In this document: one piece after another, positions 1-11,512 of the stretch
How the letters are laid out: each line of letters begins with the position of its first letter
Numbering within the stretch: position 1 is the first letter of the stretch
Origin: Glaucostegus cemiculus
Lineage: Eukaryota
Length of the DNA stretch: 64,000 bases
NCBI GenBank assembly: GCA_976551045.1
Contig: CDPCPM010000280.1
Location: 1,860,001 to 1,924,000 of the forward strand
Direction: 5' to 3'
Position numbers and translations under genes: made by a program
The notes under the pieces: model-generated
Told to the model about the DNA's origin: nothing
The model's database searches: none
Seen by the model: only the letters and a program-made list of their open reading frames with translations

Positions 1-147
1 GGAGGGGGTGCAGGAGGGGGTGTAGGAGGGGGTGCAGGAGGGGGGTGCAGGAGGGGGGTGCAGGAGGGGGTGTAGGAGGGGGTGTAGGAGGGGGTGCAGG
101 AGGGGGGTGCAGGAGGGGGTGCAGGAGGGGGGTGCAGGAGGGGGAGG
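1..147. repeat. G-rich minisatellite, ~12-13 bp unit GGAGGGGG(G)TG(C/T)A; G-quadruplex prone
   Basis: About 11 directly visible tandem copies, truncated by the window start. Confidence 0.95.
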
Positions 148-224
148 TTGGTGATGGCTCCTCAGCATTAGGGATGGTAATGGATCCTGGCCAGGCCACT
201 GATACCCACACCCACGGGTGAATG

Positions 225-331
225 AAAACGCACACAACCATTTACACGCTCACTCACACTCCTCCAGCAGACACACACGTGTGTGTGCGCAAACACACTT
301 CTATACATACAGTCACTCACACATGCACGTG

Positions 332-375
<44 letters not shown>

Positions 376-500
376 TGCACATGGACACATGTACACGTAC
401 ACAGACACCACACACACACGCGCGCGCGCACACACACACACGTCCCCCCAGAAACGCACACAAATACAGGCCGCAGCACGCACCCGGACACAACCACAAG
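225..500. repeat. (CA)n / (CACG)n microsatellite cluster
   Basis: Long alternating CA tracts; these produce the spurious HT/CV-rich ORFs. Confidence 0.95.
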
Positions 501-1798
501 CGGAGACACTTTTCAGTGGGGTCACTGAGTGATGAACGTGGGGGGTGGGGGGATGGTGGGGGGGGGGGAGAGGTCGAGCAAAGGGAGTGGGAAAGTGACA
601 GGAAAGCCGAGAGCGGAAAGCTGGGCAGGGGAAATTGCCAAACAAGTGACCTTAAGATTAAGGGAAGAGGTAAGTTTCTTTTTAAATGGAGGCACTCCCT
701 TGACGAATGTGTTTGGCTGAGCTCATGACCAAATGTGGTTTCCATGACTCCCATTGTGTCTGACCCCTGAATTTAATTGGGAGGAGCCTGTCCTGGCTGC
801 CAGGACACTGCTCCTGTCCCCGGTCTCAAAGCTGAAAGGCATGGATGCCGATTCGAGTACAAGATCTGTAGGTGACAGAGCCTCATCCCTTCCTGGGCAC
901 TGCTGGGCACCTCAGACCCAGTGCACGGCACCTGACCCCTGCAGGGACCCACACAGTCCCCACAAGCCTGCTGACCCCCAAGCATGGAGTTCAAAGTCAT
1001 ATTTCACATGTACGAGGTCAGAATTATTTAACCGCACAGCGTGTGGGACCAGTTTAAGAGCAGTCCCCTCCCTCTCTGTGGATAAAATCTAGCACCTCCC
1101 CTCTGAACTTCCTGATACCGATACTGATTCAGCAGAGTCACCCTGCTCGAATAATTACAGCCAGGGCATATTTAGCACAGAGGCAGTCAGCAAGTGATAA
1201 GGAAGCGAGAGTTTGCAGAATGACTCAGAGACGCCAGACACCCCAAATCCACACCACACCCAACATCGAGTTGCTTAACCTTCTCTGAGCTGCCAGAGCT
1301 GCTCGGCCTCACAGTCTGGGGTAGGAGTCCTCACAACACTGAGTTTGTAGGTTCTCCGCAGGGTCGTGGGTCATCTTTTCTGGCCTCGGGCAGTCACATC
1401 GGAATCCACACCCGTCCAGGCAGCAGAGGGAAGGTTACCCAGTCACCGTGGCCTGGGTTGGACCCAAGGAACCAGGAGGATGGGTCGAGTTTTGGGATCT
1501 GGTGCTCGGAGCTGAAGGGCCAGAGCAGAGGGCTGTGGGGTGTGGCGGGACAGGGGGTGGCTGGGGGGGGCTGCAGGTGGGGGAAGGAGGCAGACTTTAC
1601 AAGTAGCAGCTCTTGGGAATGGCAGTAGACGGTTTGTTCTCCCACGTGCAGCGTATTCCTGTAGCCACAGAACCTTATGTCACAGAAGGAGGCCACTCAC
1701 CCCTTCATTCTGTGCTAGCAACTCTTCCTCAGTGCCGCTGCCCTGGCCTCTCCCCCAGCCTTGTGGGTGCTTCTCTTTCAATTGTTTTCCAGATCCCT

Positions 1799-2487
1799 TT
1801 GATGTACAGAGGGATCTTGGGGTCCAAATCCATAGCTCCCTGAAAGTGTCCACACAGGTTGATAGGGTGGTAAAGGAGGCGTACGGCATGCTTGCTTTTA
1901 TTAGTCGAGGCACTGAGGTCAAGAGTCAGGAAGTCACGTTGCAGCTGTATAAACCTCTGGTTAGGCTGCACCTGTGTGCAGTTCTGGTCGCCCCATTGTA
2001 GGAAGGATGTGGAGGCTCTGGAGAGGGTGCAGAGGAGGTTCACTAGGATGCTGCCTGGATTAGAGGGTATGAGCTATAAGGAGAGGGTGGGAAAACTTGG
2101 ATTGTTTTCTCCAGAGTGGCGGAGGCTGAGGGGAGACCTGATAGAGGTTTATAAGATTATGAGAGGCATAGGTAAAGTAGACTGTTGGAATCTTTTTCCC
2201 AGGGTAGAAACATATTTAAGGTGAGGGGGGGGAAGTTTAAAGGTGATGTGCAGGGCATATTTTTTACACAGAGAGTGGTGGGTGGCAGGCACTGGCTGCT
2301 GGGGGGAGTGGTGGAAACAGATAGGATAGAGGCGGTTAAGAGGCTGTTAGACCCATGAATGTGCGGGGTAGAGGGAGATGGATCAGGTCCAGGCAGAAGA
2401 GAATTAGTTTAATTCAGCGTCATGTTCAGCACAGACACGATGGGCTGAAGGGCCTGTTCCTGTGCTGCACTGTCCTACCTTCTATGG
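1799..2487 (+). mobile_element. 5'-truncated CR1-type (HER1-like) LINE: ORF2 C-terminus and 3' UTR
   Basis: Broken frames give DVQRDLGVQIHSSLKVSTQVDRVVKEAYGMLAFISRG and VQFWSPHCRKDVEALERVQRRFTRMLPGLEGMSYKER..LGLFSPE.RRLRGDLIEVYKIMRG. Ends in the typical gggctgaagggcctgttcctgtgctg...ttctatg tail. Confidence 0.93.
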
Positions 2488-2659
2488 ACGTTACTCTTGG
2501 AGCTGCTTCCACTCTCTCAAGCAGCACATTCCAGATCACAACCCATCGCAATTCTTATTTCTCTCTCTTTAAAGCCGCGTCTCCTGATTTCCCGCATTGT
2601 TCGTTACCATTTTTAGTCACTGTTGGGGAGACACTCACTGACCGGACACCAGGCAGCTG

Positions 2660-2860
2660 ATCCCTGCTCTTCCAAAGGACTTTTCACAGCAGCCTGAGGA
2701 AACATAGGGCATCTCAGTCTGACATCTGATCGGTAAGATGGGTGTCTCCAACAACCCTGCTCGGAGCATCAGCCCACCGCTTGCTTCCCAGTCTCCGGAG
2801 CAGGATTGATCATGCTTGGATTCTGAGGGTTAACGTGGACCACACAGGCCAAACTGACAA
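2660..2860 (-). mobile_element. Old SacSINE1/DeuSINE-like fragment (5' part)
   Basis: Degenerate resemblance to the copies at 7065-7460 and 10000-10345; family assigned from memory of the consensus. Confidence 0.45.
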
Positions 2861-3369
2861 AGGGTTCGTCTTCCATGGAAAGCAAGATAAAGCCACTTAT
2901 TAACTACCATCTCCGTAGCTGAGACTCACACAGTGCCCAGAGCAAACCCCAGGAAGCCTGGGGACATTAGTTAAGTGAAGATAAACACAAGCCCTCCTCC
3001 CAGGACCCCAAGGAGGGTGCCACATGTAAAACAGGCTACTCTTTTCTTCCTCAGAAACAACTGGGATCTGGTTTAATTAAGCAGGAACTCCTGAATTAAT
3101 CAGCTGCAGGCCACAGTGTCTGCCGGCACCGGGTGAGTGTATCATCAGTGTCCCAGATGGGGACAGACACAAAGAGAGCCAGGAGCAGGGCAAACCAAAG
3201 GCGAGGAGCCTTTGATGGAGGGGTCTTCAGTGTGCATTTATTACTGGGCACACGGTCCCAGGCCCACTGGCAGCTCTGCCAGCTCTGAGTGAAACCTGTA
3301 TCAGATGAACTCCCATCTCCAACAATCCCACCCACTCAAGCAGGCTTCCGGAAACCAGCTGCAGCACTT

Positions 3370-3590
3370 CCACGATGGATAGGTTCAGGAAGGGGGTTGA
3401 GAAGGTGCCATTGCTGGGGGAGTTCAGAGCTACGGGTCTGAACAGGACGATATCACTGAAAAATCCAGGGAGGATTTCAGGAAAGAATCCTCCTCCCAGA
3501 GAATTCCGGGAATGTGGAATTAGCCCCACAGGGAGCACTAGAGGCAGGGGGTGTGGATGTATTTAAAGAAAAGGCTGATGAACATAGGGG
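3370..3590 (+). mobile_element. Highly degraded CR1 ORF2 3' fragment
   Basis: Remnants such as cccagagaattccgggaatgtggaat and gaggcagggggtgtggatgtatttaaagaaaaggctgatgaacata parallel the FTQRVV..WN..LP...F region of the younger copies. Confidence 0.5.
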
Positions 3591-3607
3591 GGGGGGGTTG
3601 TTGGGGG

Positions 3608-3925
3608 GAATGAGGAGGGACTGACGGGTGAGGGAAGGAGGGAAGGAGGAAGGACTGACAGGCGAGGGAGGGAGGGGAGGAGGAGGGATGGGTGAGGGAA
3701 GGAGGGAAGGAGGAGGGACTGATGGGTGAGGGAAGGAGGGAAGGAGGAGGGACTGCCGGGTGAGGGAAGGAGGAGGGACTGCCGGGTGAGGGAAGGAGGG
3801 AAGGAGGGAAGGAGGAGGGACTGCCGGGTGAGGGAAGGAGGGGAGGAGGGAAGGAGGAGGGACTGCCGGGTGAGGGAAGGCGGGAAGGAGGAGGGACTGT
3901 CGGGTGAGGGAAGGAGGGGAGGAGG
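3608..3925. repeat. Purine-rich minisatellite (core GGAGGAGGGACTGCCGGGTGAGGGAAGGAG, ~25-37 bp variants) running into the assembly gap
   Basis: About 9 visible tandem units. Confidence 0.93.
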
Positions 3926-4243
3926 NNNNNNNNNNNNNNNNNNNNNNNNNNNNNNNNNNNNNNNNNNNNNNNNNNNNNNNNNNNNNNNNNNNNNNNNNNN
4001 NNNNNNNNNNNNNNNNNNNNNNNNNNNNNNNNNNNNNNNNNNNNNNNNNNNNNNNNNNNNNNNNNNNNNNNNNNNNNNNNNNNNNNNNNNNNNNNNNNNN
4101 NNNNNNNNNNNNNNNNNNNNNNNNNNNNNNNNNNNNNNNNNNNNNNNNNNNNNNNNNNNNNNNNNNNNNNNNNNNNNNNNNNNNNNNNNNNNNNNNNNNN
4201 NNNNNNNNNNNNNNNNNNNNNNNNNNNNNNNNNNNNNNNNNNN
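3926..4243. other. Assembly gap (318 N)
   Basis: Run of N. Confidence 1.
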
Positions 4244-4819
4244 GAGGGCAGGGGCTGATGTGCACTTTAACCCTTGCAGAGGGACAGTAGGAACGATTGG
4301 CCTCTGTCCACACACAGACATTTATACAACCCCACAGTTTAAAGAAGCGTTGAACGGCAATGGGAAAAGCTGCACATTTTGCCCCATGGAGTGTCCGTCC
4401 CTGACCCGCTCTCCGTGGCCAGGACTGGCCCGGTGGCCCAAGGGGTCACACTGTCACCAGCAAGGCCGACCCCAAGGACAAGCTGCGAGCGCCTCTGCCC
4501 CAAAGCCCCAGTGACCCTCCCTCATCCCACGGCCGTGGGTTACTGGGTTTAACTGGCCGCTGTCAGGCGCCCCTGGAGTGCGGATGAGCGGCAGAATCTG
4601 GGGCAGCTGAAGGGAGTGTGGTTAGAAGAGGTGGGAGGTGGGAGGTGGGGCTGCCTCTGTGAGCCAGCGTCAGATTGATGGGCTGTAACGGCTCCGTCTG
4701 TGTTGTAAGGGAACGTTGAGAGAGCTGAGGGGAGAAGCCAGGCTGCCTCCCTGGGACGGAGCAATGGACACAGCGCTGGCAGGGCAACCCGCAGCATGAC
4801 ATTGGTACACCCTCCCCTG

Positions 4820-4970
4820 CGTTAGGGGAACACGGGACCCTGCAGATGCTGGGACCTGGAGCAACAAACAATCTGCTGCAGGAAGTCAGCCTCTGAAATG
4901 TCAGCAATTCCTCTCCCCGCACAGATGCTGCTCGACCCGCTGAGATCCTCCAGCAGGTTGTGTGTTGGTC
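4820..4970. mobile_element. Internally deleted palindromic Penelope-derived short element
   Basis: tgcagatgctgggacctggagcaacaaacaatctgctgcagga ... gatgctgctcgacccgctgagatcctccagcaggttgtgtgttg; same family as 26902-27100, 40130-40225 and 44603-44742. Confidence 0.7.
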
Positions 4971-5013
4971 TAAAGGAGCTCAGGGCGCTGGCCCGCGAGG
5001 GATTTAGCCACAA

Positions 5014-5071
5014 CCACAGTCTGAGTGATGATCATCCCACAGTCTGAGTGATGATCACCCCACAGTCTGAG
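5014..5071. repeat. 23-bp tandem repeat x2.5 (CCACAGTCTGAGTGATGATCA(T/C)C)
   Basis: Directly visible. Confidence 0.9.
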
Positions 5072-5149
5072 CAAACGAGCAGCCGGACCTCTGCAGCATC
5101 TTGTCCGGGCGCTGCACAGGAGAACTACCCCACAGGGGTTAACACGAGT

Positions 5150-5480
5150 GCAGGTGGCCAAAAGCTGGCCCCAAGAGACGGGTCGGAGGGAGCGCCTCAA
5201 AGTGGAGACGCCCAGAGGTTTCGGGAAGGGATTGATGTTCAGGGCCTTGCTGACTGAAGGTGCCTCACTGACGGGGGAGCGATTGACGTTACTGCTGATC
5301 TTACCAGGGTTGGAGGAGTACAGATACCTCAGGATTAGGGGATTCAGGGGGGTCACAGCGACAGGGAGAGGGAACACTGTGGAGGGATTTGGAAACAACA
5401 TTGGGGGGGGAGGGAGGTTTCATCAGGTGAGGCAGGGGAGGGCGACGTCATGCAGATGTGCGAGCTTAGAGTGATGGTCC
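5150..5480 (-). mobile_element. Degenerate LINE (L2-like) 3' fragment
   Basis: Resembles a common elasmobranch repeat (gaggtttagggagggaattccagagcttagggcc-type consensus, from memory). Confidence 0.35.
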
Positions 5481-7064
5481 CAGGTACAGGATCAAGTATA
5501 ACACAAACTTGCAAACAGGTTCCGAGTGTTCCCTACAGCTGCAACTACACTTCAAAAAGCAGTTAATTGTTTGTTAAGTTCTTGTCTGCCCCAAGCTAAG
5601 CGAAGGCGCTACAGAAAGCCAGGCCTTCCACTTATGAATTCAGCAGAGACAAGGGGGTGAGACTGTCTCCTTGTTCTAAGGGCTCAGTGCCAGGCAACCT
5701 CTTGCCCACCAAAGACGGGTGAACGGGGAATGTCAACTATCCTGCCAGGTAATTATGCCACCAAGTTAATGTATCATTAATGATTTGAGTATCATAAGCA
5801 AACCTCATTTTGTGGTGAGTAAGTTATTCAGTTAATGGAAATTGACTGTAGCGTTAAAACAAAACGAAGCAATATTAGAGGTGTTGATATCTTATGCCGC
5901 AGGCAATCGTTAGTCGTCAGCAATATTCTCACTTTAACATCGTCAGTGAACCCACAGAGCAATCATCTTTCTGATCCTTGTGGAGTAGTCGCATATAATT
6001 TGCACATTAATAGAACTGCATCCCTCTGATTAATATAAAACATATCAATCATTGTTGCTGAGGGACTGTGCCTACACGTGAATATTCAATCTCTGCCGAC
6101 GCTCTGGGGAACCACTCTGTCTGCAGAACAGCTTGCAGGTCACTGAGCATTGAACCAAAGCTCCCATCGCTTGCTATTACCATCAAGCAGAGCACAGCGC
6201 CTGAGACAAGGCGACTTGGTGACCCGAGGGGAGGGTCAAAATCTTTAGCCCTGTTTAGACTACAGCTGTGAACCTGTGTGTGTGATGGCCACTGCGATGA
6301 TGCACACTGATACTGGAGTCGTTTACTCCAGCCTTAATTTGGAATATATTAACTTTCTTCCCCAAAGGTACTGATGCTAGTGGGCTTTTGGATCATCGGA
6401 CACCATCTGCACTCCGTGTACCTTGCCCAGACATCCACCCTTCCTTCACGACTGTCTGAGCTGTGTATTGGACAATATCTAACTGTGTGGGGCATAGTAT
6501 GCAAGTTTGTTAGATTGTTAAATTCAGGCCCCTCATCCCCCATGTATGTGGGTCTGTAATTCTGCCAGAGTTGTAAGGAAGTCAGTACGGGAGAAGGGAG
6601 ACACGAGGGAGTGCAGAGGTCCCGGTGCGGGTGAATGACGGTGGAGCCAGTGCCTTGACAGCCATTCCGCTGTGACCCTAATTACAGAGGTGCCACTTGT
6701 AAACGTTCAGCACTGTGGAGGACTCGGAACCGTCTGGCCGGCAGCCCAGTGGGCTGGCAACATTCTGGGCCACCGAGAGATAAAATAACAGGATTAAAGT
6801 AGAAATGTTAAGTACAATGTTTTAAAAGCTAATGTTCATCGGGGGATTCACCTCATGTTGACACATAAGTTCAGCCTAAATTTCCAGCTATTCTCAGTAG
6901 ACAGGGGAAAAAAAATTATCTCTGCCCTTGATTAGTTTGACAATACAATGAACTCCAGCGGGTTCTCTGAATCAGAGTGGAGTTTGAGCACTAACAGTGT
7001 GAATGACCACTCTCCAGCAAGACATGCACATTAACCTCTAAAGCACATATCTGATACTAAAAAT

Positions 7065-7460
7065 AAAGAAGAACCTGCATTGTTATAACACCTACCACAA
7101 TCTCAGGACATCCTAAAGCTCTTTAAAACCAGTGAAGTACCTTTGAACTATAGTCATTGTCAGAACGTGGGACGACTCATAGCCAATTTGAGCACTGCAA
7201 GATCCCACGGGAAGTAATGTGATGAAGACCAGTTTCTAGTAATGGGGGCTAAAGGTTAAACATTTTTCTATGTTTCTATGTTTCTATTGGCTTGGAACAG
7301 GAGGGTAATCCCTCTGTACTTCTTCTAAAACGGGGCACAGGCTCCTTCACACAAGTGATAGAGCAAACAGGGCCTCGAACTGATGTCTCACTTAACAAAT
7401 GCCAGCTCTGCCGGTGGAGTGTTCTCTCGGTACTGGGTCTGTGAGTATCGGTCAGCAGCT
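7065..7460 (-). mobile_element. SacSINE1/DeuSINE-like SINE, interrupted by a short CR1 tail (ttctatgt repeats at ~7260-7290)
   Basis: aagaacctgcattgttataacacctaccacaatctcaggacatcctaaagctctttaaaaccagtgaagtacctttgaactatagtc...gccaatttgagcactgcaagatcccac is the reverse of the Deu-domain/3' tail seen forward at 10000-10345. Confidence 0.7.
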
Positions 7461-7559
7461 TGTGTGCAAGCCACTGTTCTATTTTAAAAGTACAATTCCT
7501 TCACTCAGTAGTTTCATGGATGAAGAGAGAACTTGTGTTATGCTCAGTTCAGATTGTAA

Positions 7560-8062
7560 TAAACTTCAAGTGTTCGGACAGGCTGGTGGAGGCACGGAAA
7601 TGAAATTTAACACAGAAAAGTAACGTTACGTTTCAGTAGGAAGCACAAGGAGTGGGACCATAAGTGAGGGGCACAGTTCTAAGAGAGGGACAGCAACAGA
7701 GGGATTTGGGAATAAATGTGCATGAGTTGTTGAAGGAATCAGGGCAACTTCAGGGGGCAAAAAGTATTTGGGGATCCTTGGCTTTATAAATTGAGGCACT
7801 GGGTGCAAGAGCAAGAATGTAAACCTTTGTCAACTACAGCTGGACTACAGTGTCTAGTCCTGGGTGTCTTTTTAGGGAAAACATGAAGGCTTCAGGTGGT
7901 TGGGGGTAGAACTCACCACCAGTGGAAACAGGTTTGGTTGTGACCTTTGAAGGGATGCTGGGTGTGTAGTCGAAGGGAAGGAGTTTGCAGGGCTTTGGGG
8001 AGAAGGTACTCAGAGCCAGCATCAGCTTAGTGGGCTAAATGGCCTCTTTCTGTATCACAACC
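7560..8062 (+). mobile_element. Degraded CR1 LINE 3' fragment
   Basis: MKFNTEK motif, cagctggactacagtgtctagtcctgg and a gggctaaatggcctctttctgta tail. Confidence 0.7.
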
Positions 8063-8089
8063 TATCGGTGGCCCTGATGATTATACCAC

Positions 8090-8368
8090 AGAGCAGTACA
8101 CACAGAGAACAGGCACTTCAGTCCAACACGTTCATGCCAACCAATTTGTCTACATGAGCTGGTCCTACTTCCCTGCTTTTTGCCCATGTCCATCTAAACC
8201 TTTCCTATCCATGTACCTGTCCAAATAGCTCATAAATTTCATAATTTTACCTACCTCAACCACTTCCTCTGGCAACGATCCATTGATGCACCACCCTCTG
8301 TGTGAAAAAGTTGCCTCTCAGGTTCCTTTTAAATCTTTCCCCTCTCACTTTAAACCCATGCCCTCTAA
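8090..8368 (-). mobile_element. CR1 LINE 3' end
   Basis: ctttcctatccatgtacctgtccaaa...accacttcctctggca...caccaccctctgtgtgaaaaagttgcctctcagg; reverse complement of the 3' end seen at 2200-2487. Confidence 0.88.
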
Positions 8369-8769
8369 TGTCAAAGGGATTAAGGGAAAAGCAGAGAAGG
8401 CAGGAAGAGGGTCCAGGGATGGATGATCAGTCACGATCGTACTGAATGGGAGAGTAGGCATGAAAAGCTTTATTGCAATGTTTCTGTTTCACACCCAAGC
8501 CTGCACCAACTCCAGAGATAAACAAATACAGACATTCTAAATGGCTTTAGCAAATTGGAAAGGACTGTTGTTTCAGCAATATGGATCAGGTGTATCGTTG
8601 GTGCTGTGCATAGTCAAATAGCCAGGCAACACTTACTGGGTGGAGTCACAGCGGAGAACTAGCTACTTGGGTACAAGCGTCAGCAACGGGTCAGTCTCTA
8701 TGGGAGATCAGCAGGGGACACTTGGGTGGATATGAGTGACGAGCTCATCCAGCTGCATTTATTATTGAC

Positions 8770-9085
8770 AGGGTGTGAGTACCCAAGAAGGGCAGCATTT
8801 GGCATCCATCCATGTTCTTGACATGGTGGTGGGGAGCTGCCTTTTCAAACTTCAGTCAAGTGAAGGTAGTCTCACAGTGCTTCCTGTCAGGAGTCCCAGG
8901 ATTTAAACCCAGTAACGGTGAACAAATAGCAATGTAATTTCAGGTCAAAACATTGAGTGCCTTGGAAGGGAGCCTTCAGTTAGTGTTCCTATGCGCCCAT
9001 TGTCATTTTCCTTCTTTACGGTAGAGGTTGTAGGTGTGGGAGGTGTCGTTGGAGTAGCCTGGATGTGTAACTGCAGAGTATTTAA
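8770..9085 (-). mobile_element. LINE 3' fragment of a second family (same as 29735-30130 and 56290-57290)
   Basis: Reverse-complement similarity to 29735-30130 (ggtggtggggagctgcc...cccaggatttaaacccag...gtgttcctatgcgcc). Confidence 0.7.
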
Positions 9086-9999
9086 GTGAAGACTTACTTT
9101 AAGTGAAGGGAGGAGAGTTGTATTTCTACATTTATATTCCTCAGTGAGTTACCAAAATCCATTTAAGGACAGCTCATTTGATGCACAACAAGGTGACCAG
9201 TGCCAGTGAGTTTTACTGGGAGGTCAAACCATTTCCTTCCTCTGGGGAATTTTGCTGATGTTCAAGTTGTAAACTCGTGATTTGTGGTTAGTAAATTGAA
9301 GTGTTAAGTGTGGGCGGCTGTGGGAGTGAACTCATGACCTCAGAGGCGGTGCAGTAGAAACCTACCAGGAGCTGCTTTGGAAGGTGCAGAAGTGAGTTTA
9401 ATCAGTTGAGCAGTTGAAGCCAGTCTGAGCGGTCGGGAGAGCTGGAAAAGTTGCAGTGGTTAGAGAGAGGAAGCAGGACAGTGCTGATGAGATAGAGCGG
9501 CTCATGGGGATACAAAATACTGGGGCAGGGTTTATAGGCTGAATGGCTGTAAGTCCTGCTGTACCTTGCAGTGATCTAATGTACAGACTGAGCACCACTG
9601 GCAGCAGAAGAATCTGCTGAAGTCAAGCTTCAGGGAGCAGCCTCCTGGCCGTGATTGGTTCCAATCAACCCTTCAAGATTTAGAGCTCCAGTGGGCTAGC
9701 ACGGATCAGTTCCTTGGCCATTGAACCGCCAGTGCTGGTGGGATGCAGGAGAACAGCTAGACCAGAGCCTCCCACCTGTGCACATACCAGGAGATGGTGG
9801 CGCAATAGGGAATTACATGGAACTCACCTACTCACTTGTGATCCTCCTGTACAACTGCACGCCTTCCAGGTGCCTTCTCAAAATTGCCCCGCACTAATCT
9901 GTTATTTTTTAAAATTATACAGTCAATGTAAGGAACGAAGAGCTTGTGTTCTTGTTTTGTGAGCAAATATTAACCAAAGCATTTGTCTTTACTCAGTCA

Positions 10000-10345
10000 G
10001 TCACAGGTCCATGTTCAACACTCAGGTAACATACCCAGGTGAGGGTAGGGCTGCATTGTTGGTGGCATTGCCTTTCAGATGAAATATTAGACCAAGACTA
10101 GGTGAATTCAAAAGATCACCTGGCCGCTCTTGGCTTCCGCTCAGTACTCTGGCCAATACTTATCCTTCACCAGGATCTCTACAAGCAGGTTACTTGGTTG
10201 TTTTTCTGTTGCCCTTTGTGGGACTTGCTGGGTATGTTGGTGGCAATGGTTTACAGATTACATAGTGGTTACTACTCAAGCACAATGCAACAGCTGTAAA
10301 GTGTGTTGGGACATCCTGTCGTCATTAAAGGTACTGTGGGAACAA
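10000..10345 (+). mobile_element. SacSINE1/DeuSINE-like SINE
   Basis: gctgcattgttggtggcattgcctttcagatgaaatattagacc...ctggccaatacttatcc...tttgtgggacttgctg...gtaaagtgtgttgggacatcctg, typical of this family. Confidence 0.7.
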
Positions 10346-10954
10346 ATTATTTCTTTAAGCAGAAGAAAGATAACAAAAAGACAAGCACTTTGGGGAACTC
10401 ATCCTTTGCCCCACAATTCTCTGCTGACATGCAAGCAAGCATAATAGACCTGAACAGATCTCCAAGGTACAGCCTCTCTGATCCTCGCCTCTCCCCCCAC
10501 CTGCCTCAATCCTTGCTGTCCTGCTGTGTGCTACAGTAATCACAGTGGAGCTTGCAGAGGCTCATTAGTCTTTAGCTCCAGCAAGGCTGTAACAAACATT
10601 GAGGTTTAAGGTCTCTTTTCCAATTCAAGAGGCTTCATATTTATTTCTAGAGACATTAAGTAAGGATTGGTTTCATAAAACAACTTACAGCTCTTCACAG
10701 CATTATTGATACTCAGCTGAGGAGAAGTTCCCAGTCCACACTTGGAGATCATGAGAAGTCTTGAATGAAATTCCCACCTTCACTTCCTTGCCCAGTCTTG
10801 GGGCCCATTGCACGACCAGAAGCGAGCAGCCAGATTACTCAGAGAAACCACGAGGAAACCCAAATTACGGATCCAACCTGCCTCATCCTTGGCTCTGTGC
10901 TTTATGGAACATAGAGCAGTACAGCACAGGAACAGGGCCTTCAGCCCACAACAT

Positions 10955-11401
10955 TTTGCCAAACTAGTTTATTACCAAAGTGTGGTGTTTGCACCCCTTC
11001 TCCAGGTGTTTTGTTTGTAAAGCACCAAATCTTGAAGAAGTATCAGCACAATTGCTGATGGAAGAACAGGTATAAAGTCAAATAGAAGATGGCAGTAGAA
11101 CCGGAGTCCCAATAAATGCCACCCCCTGAAAGGTGGTCAGATCATACTTGGGGAAAACCATGGGTAGGTCTACATCTGAAAAGGCATGGATACAATGGAT
11201 GTGATTACTGTGCTGTGTGGGGTATGCCAGAAAGCCAAAGAAATGGCATAAAATAGAAGTATCACTGCACACAATGAGACTATTCAGCCCATCGTGCATA
11301 TATCAGCATTTCATTAATAGGGTTTGCCAAACTAGTTTATTACCAAAGTGTGGTGTTTGCACCCCTTCTCCAGGTGTTTTGTTTGTAAAGCACCAAATCT
11401 T
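10955..11401. repeat. Perfect 79-bp direct repeat (10955-11033 and 11323-11401)
   Basis: tttgccaaactagtttattaccaaagtgtggtgtttgcaccccttctccaggtgttttgtttgtaaagcaccaaatctt occurs twice with no mismatch. Confidence 0.97.
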
Positions 11402-11409
11402 CTTAGCTG

Positions 11410-11512
11410 GAATAACAACAGAAAATGCTGGAAATGCTCAGTAGGTCAGGCAGTGCCCTGGAAGAGAGAAACAGAGTTAATATTTCAGGTCCAGTGATCT
11501 TTCTTCAGAAGC
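11410..11512 (-). mobile_element. Penelope-derived short element with hammerhead-like core
   Basis: Minus strand of 11474-11510 reads TT-CTGAAGA-AAGATCACTGGACCT-GAAA-TATT-AACTC. Confidence 0.65.

Noticed and set aside
168-754. Several 80-170 aa ORFs rich in HT/CV/TH
   Set aside because: Translations of (CA)n/(TG)n microsatellites; no coding signal.
872-1057. VTEPHPFLG...LRPSARHL loosely resembles the remembered MORN1 C-terminal motif (DVTTPPFLG..LPPAFKHL); MORN1 lies tail-to-tail with SKI in human
   Set aside because: The similarity is weak and gapped, the acceptor lacks a pyrimidine tract, and the preceding conserved residues are absent. A tblastn with MORN1 would be needed.
3477-4514. Longest ORFs in the track (250-280 aa)
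   Set aside because: Artifacts of a minisatellite plus the 318-N gap.
5014-5071. CRISPR-like repeat
   Set aside because: Directly abutting tandem units with no spacers, in vertebrate DNA.
10690-10764. Possible plus-strand terminal exon after ctcttcacag
   Set aside because: Only a short frame with no recognizable homology; cannot be supported.
10955-11401. Mini LTR element (TRIM) with 79-bp LTRs
   Set aside because: The repeats lack TG...CA termini, there is no PBS/PPT or flanking TSD, and the spacer contains old repeat debris.
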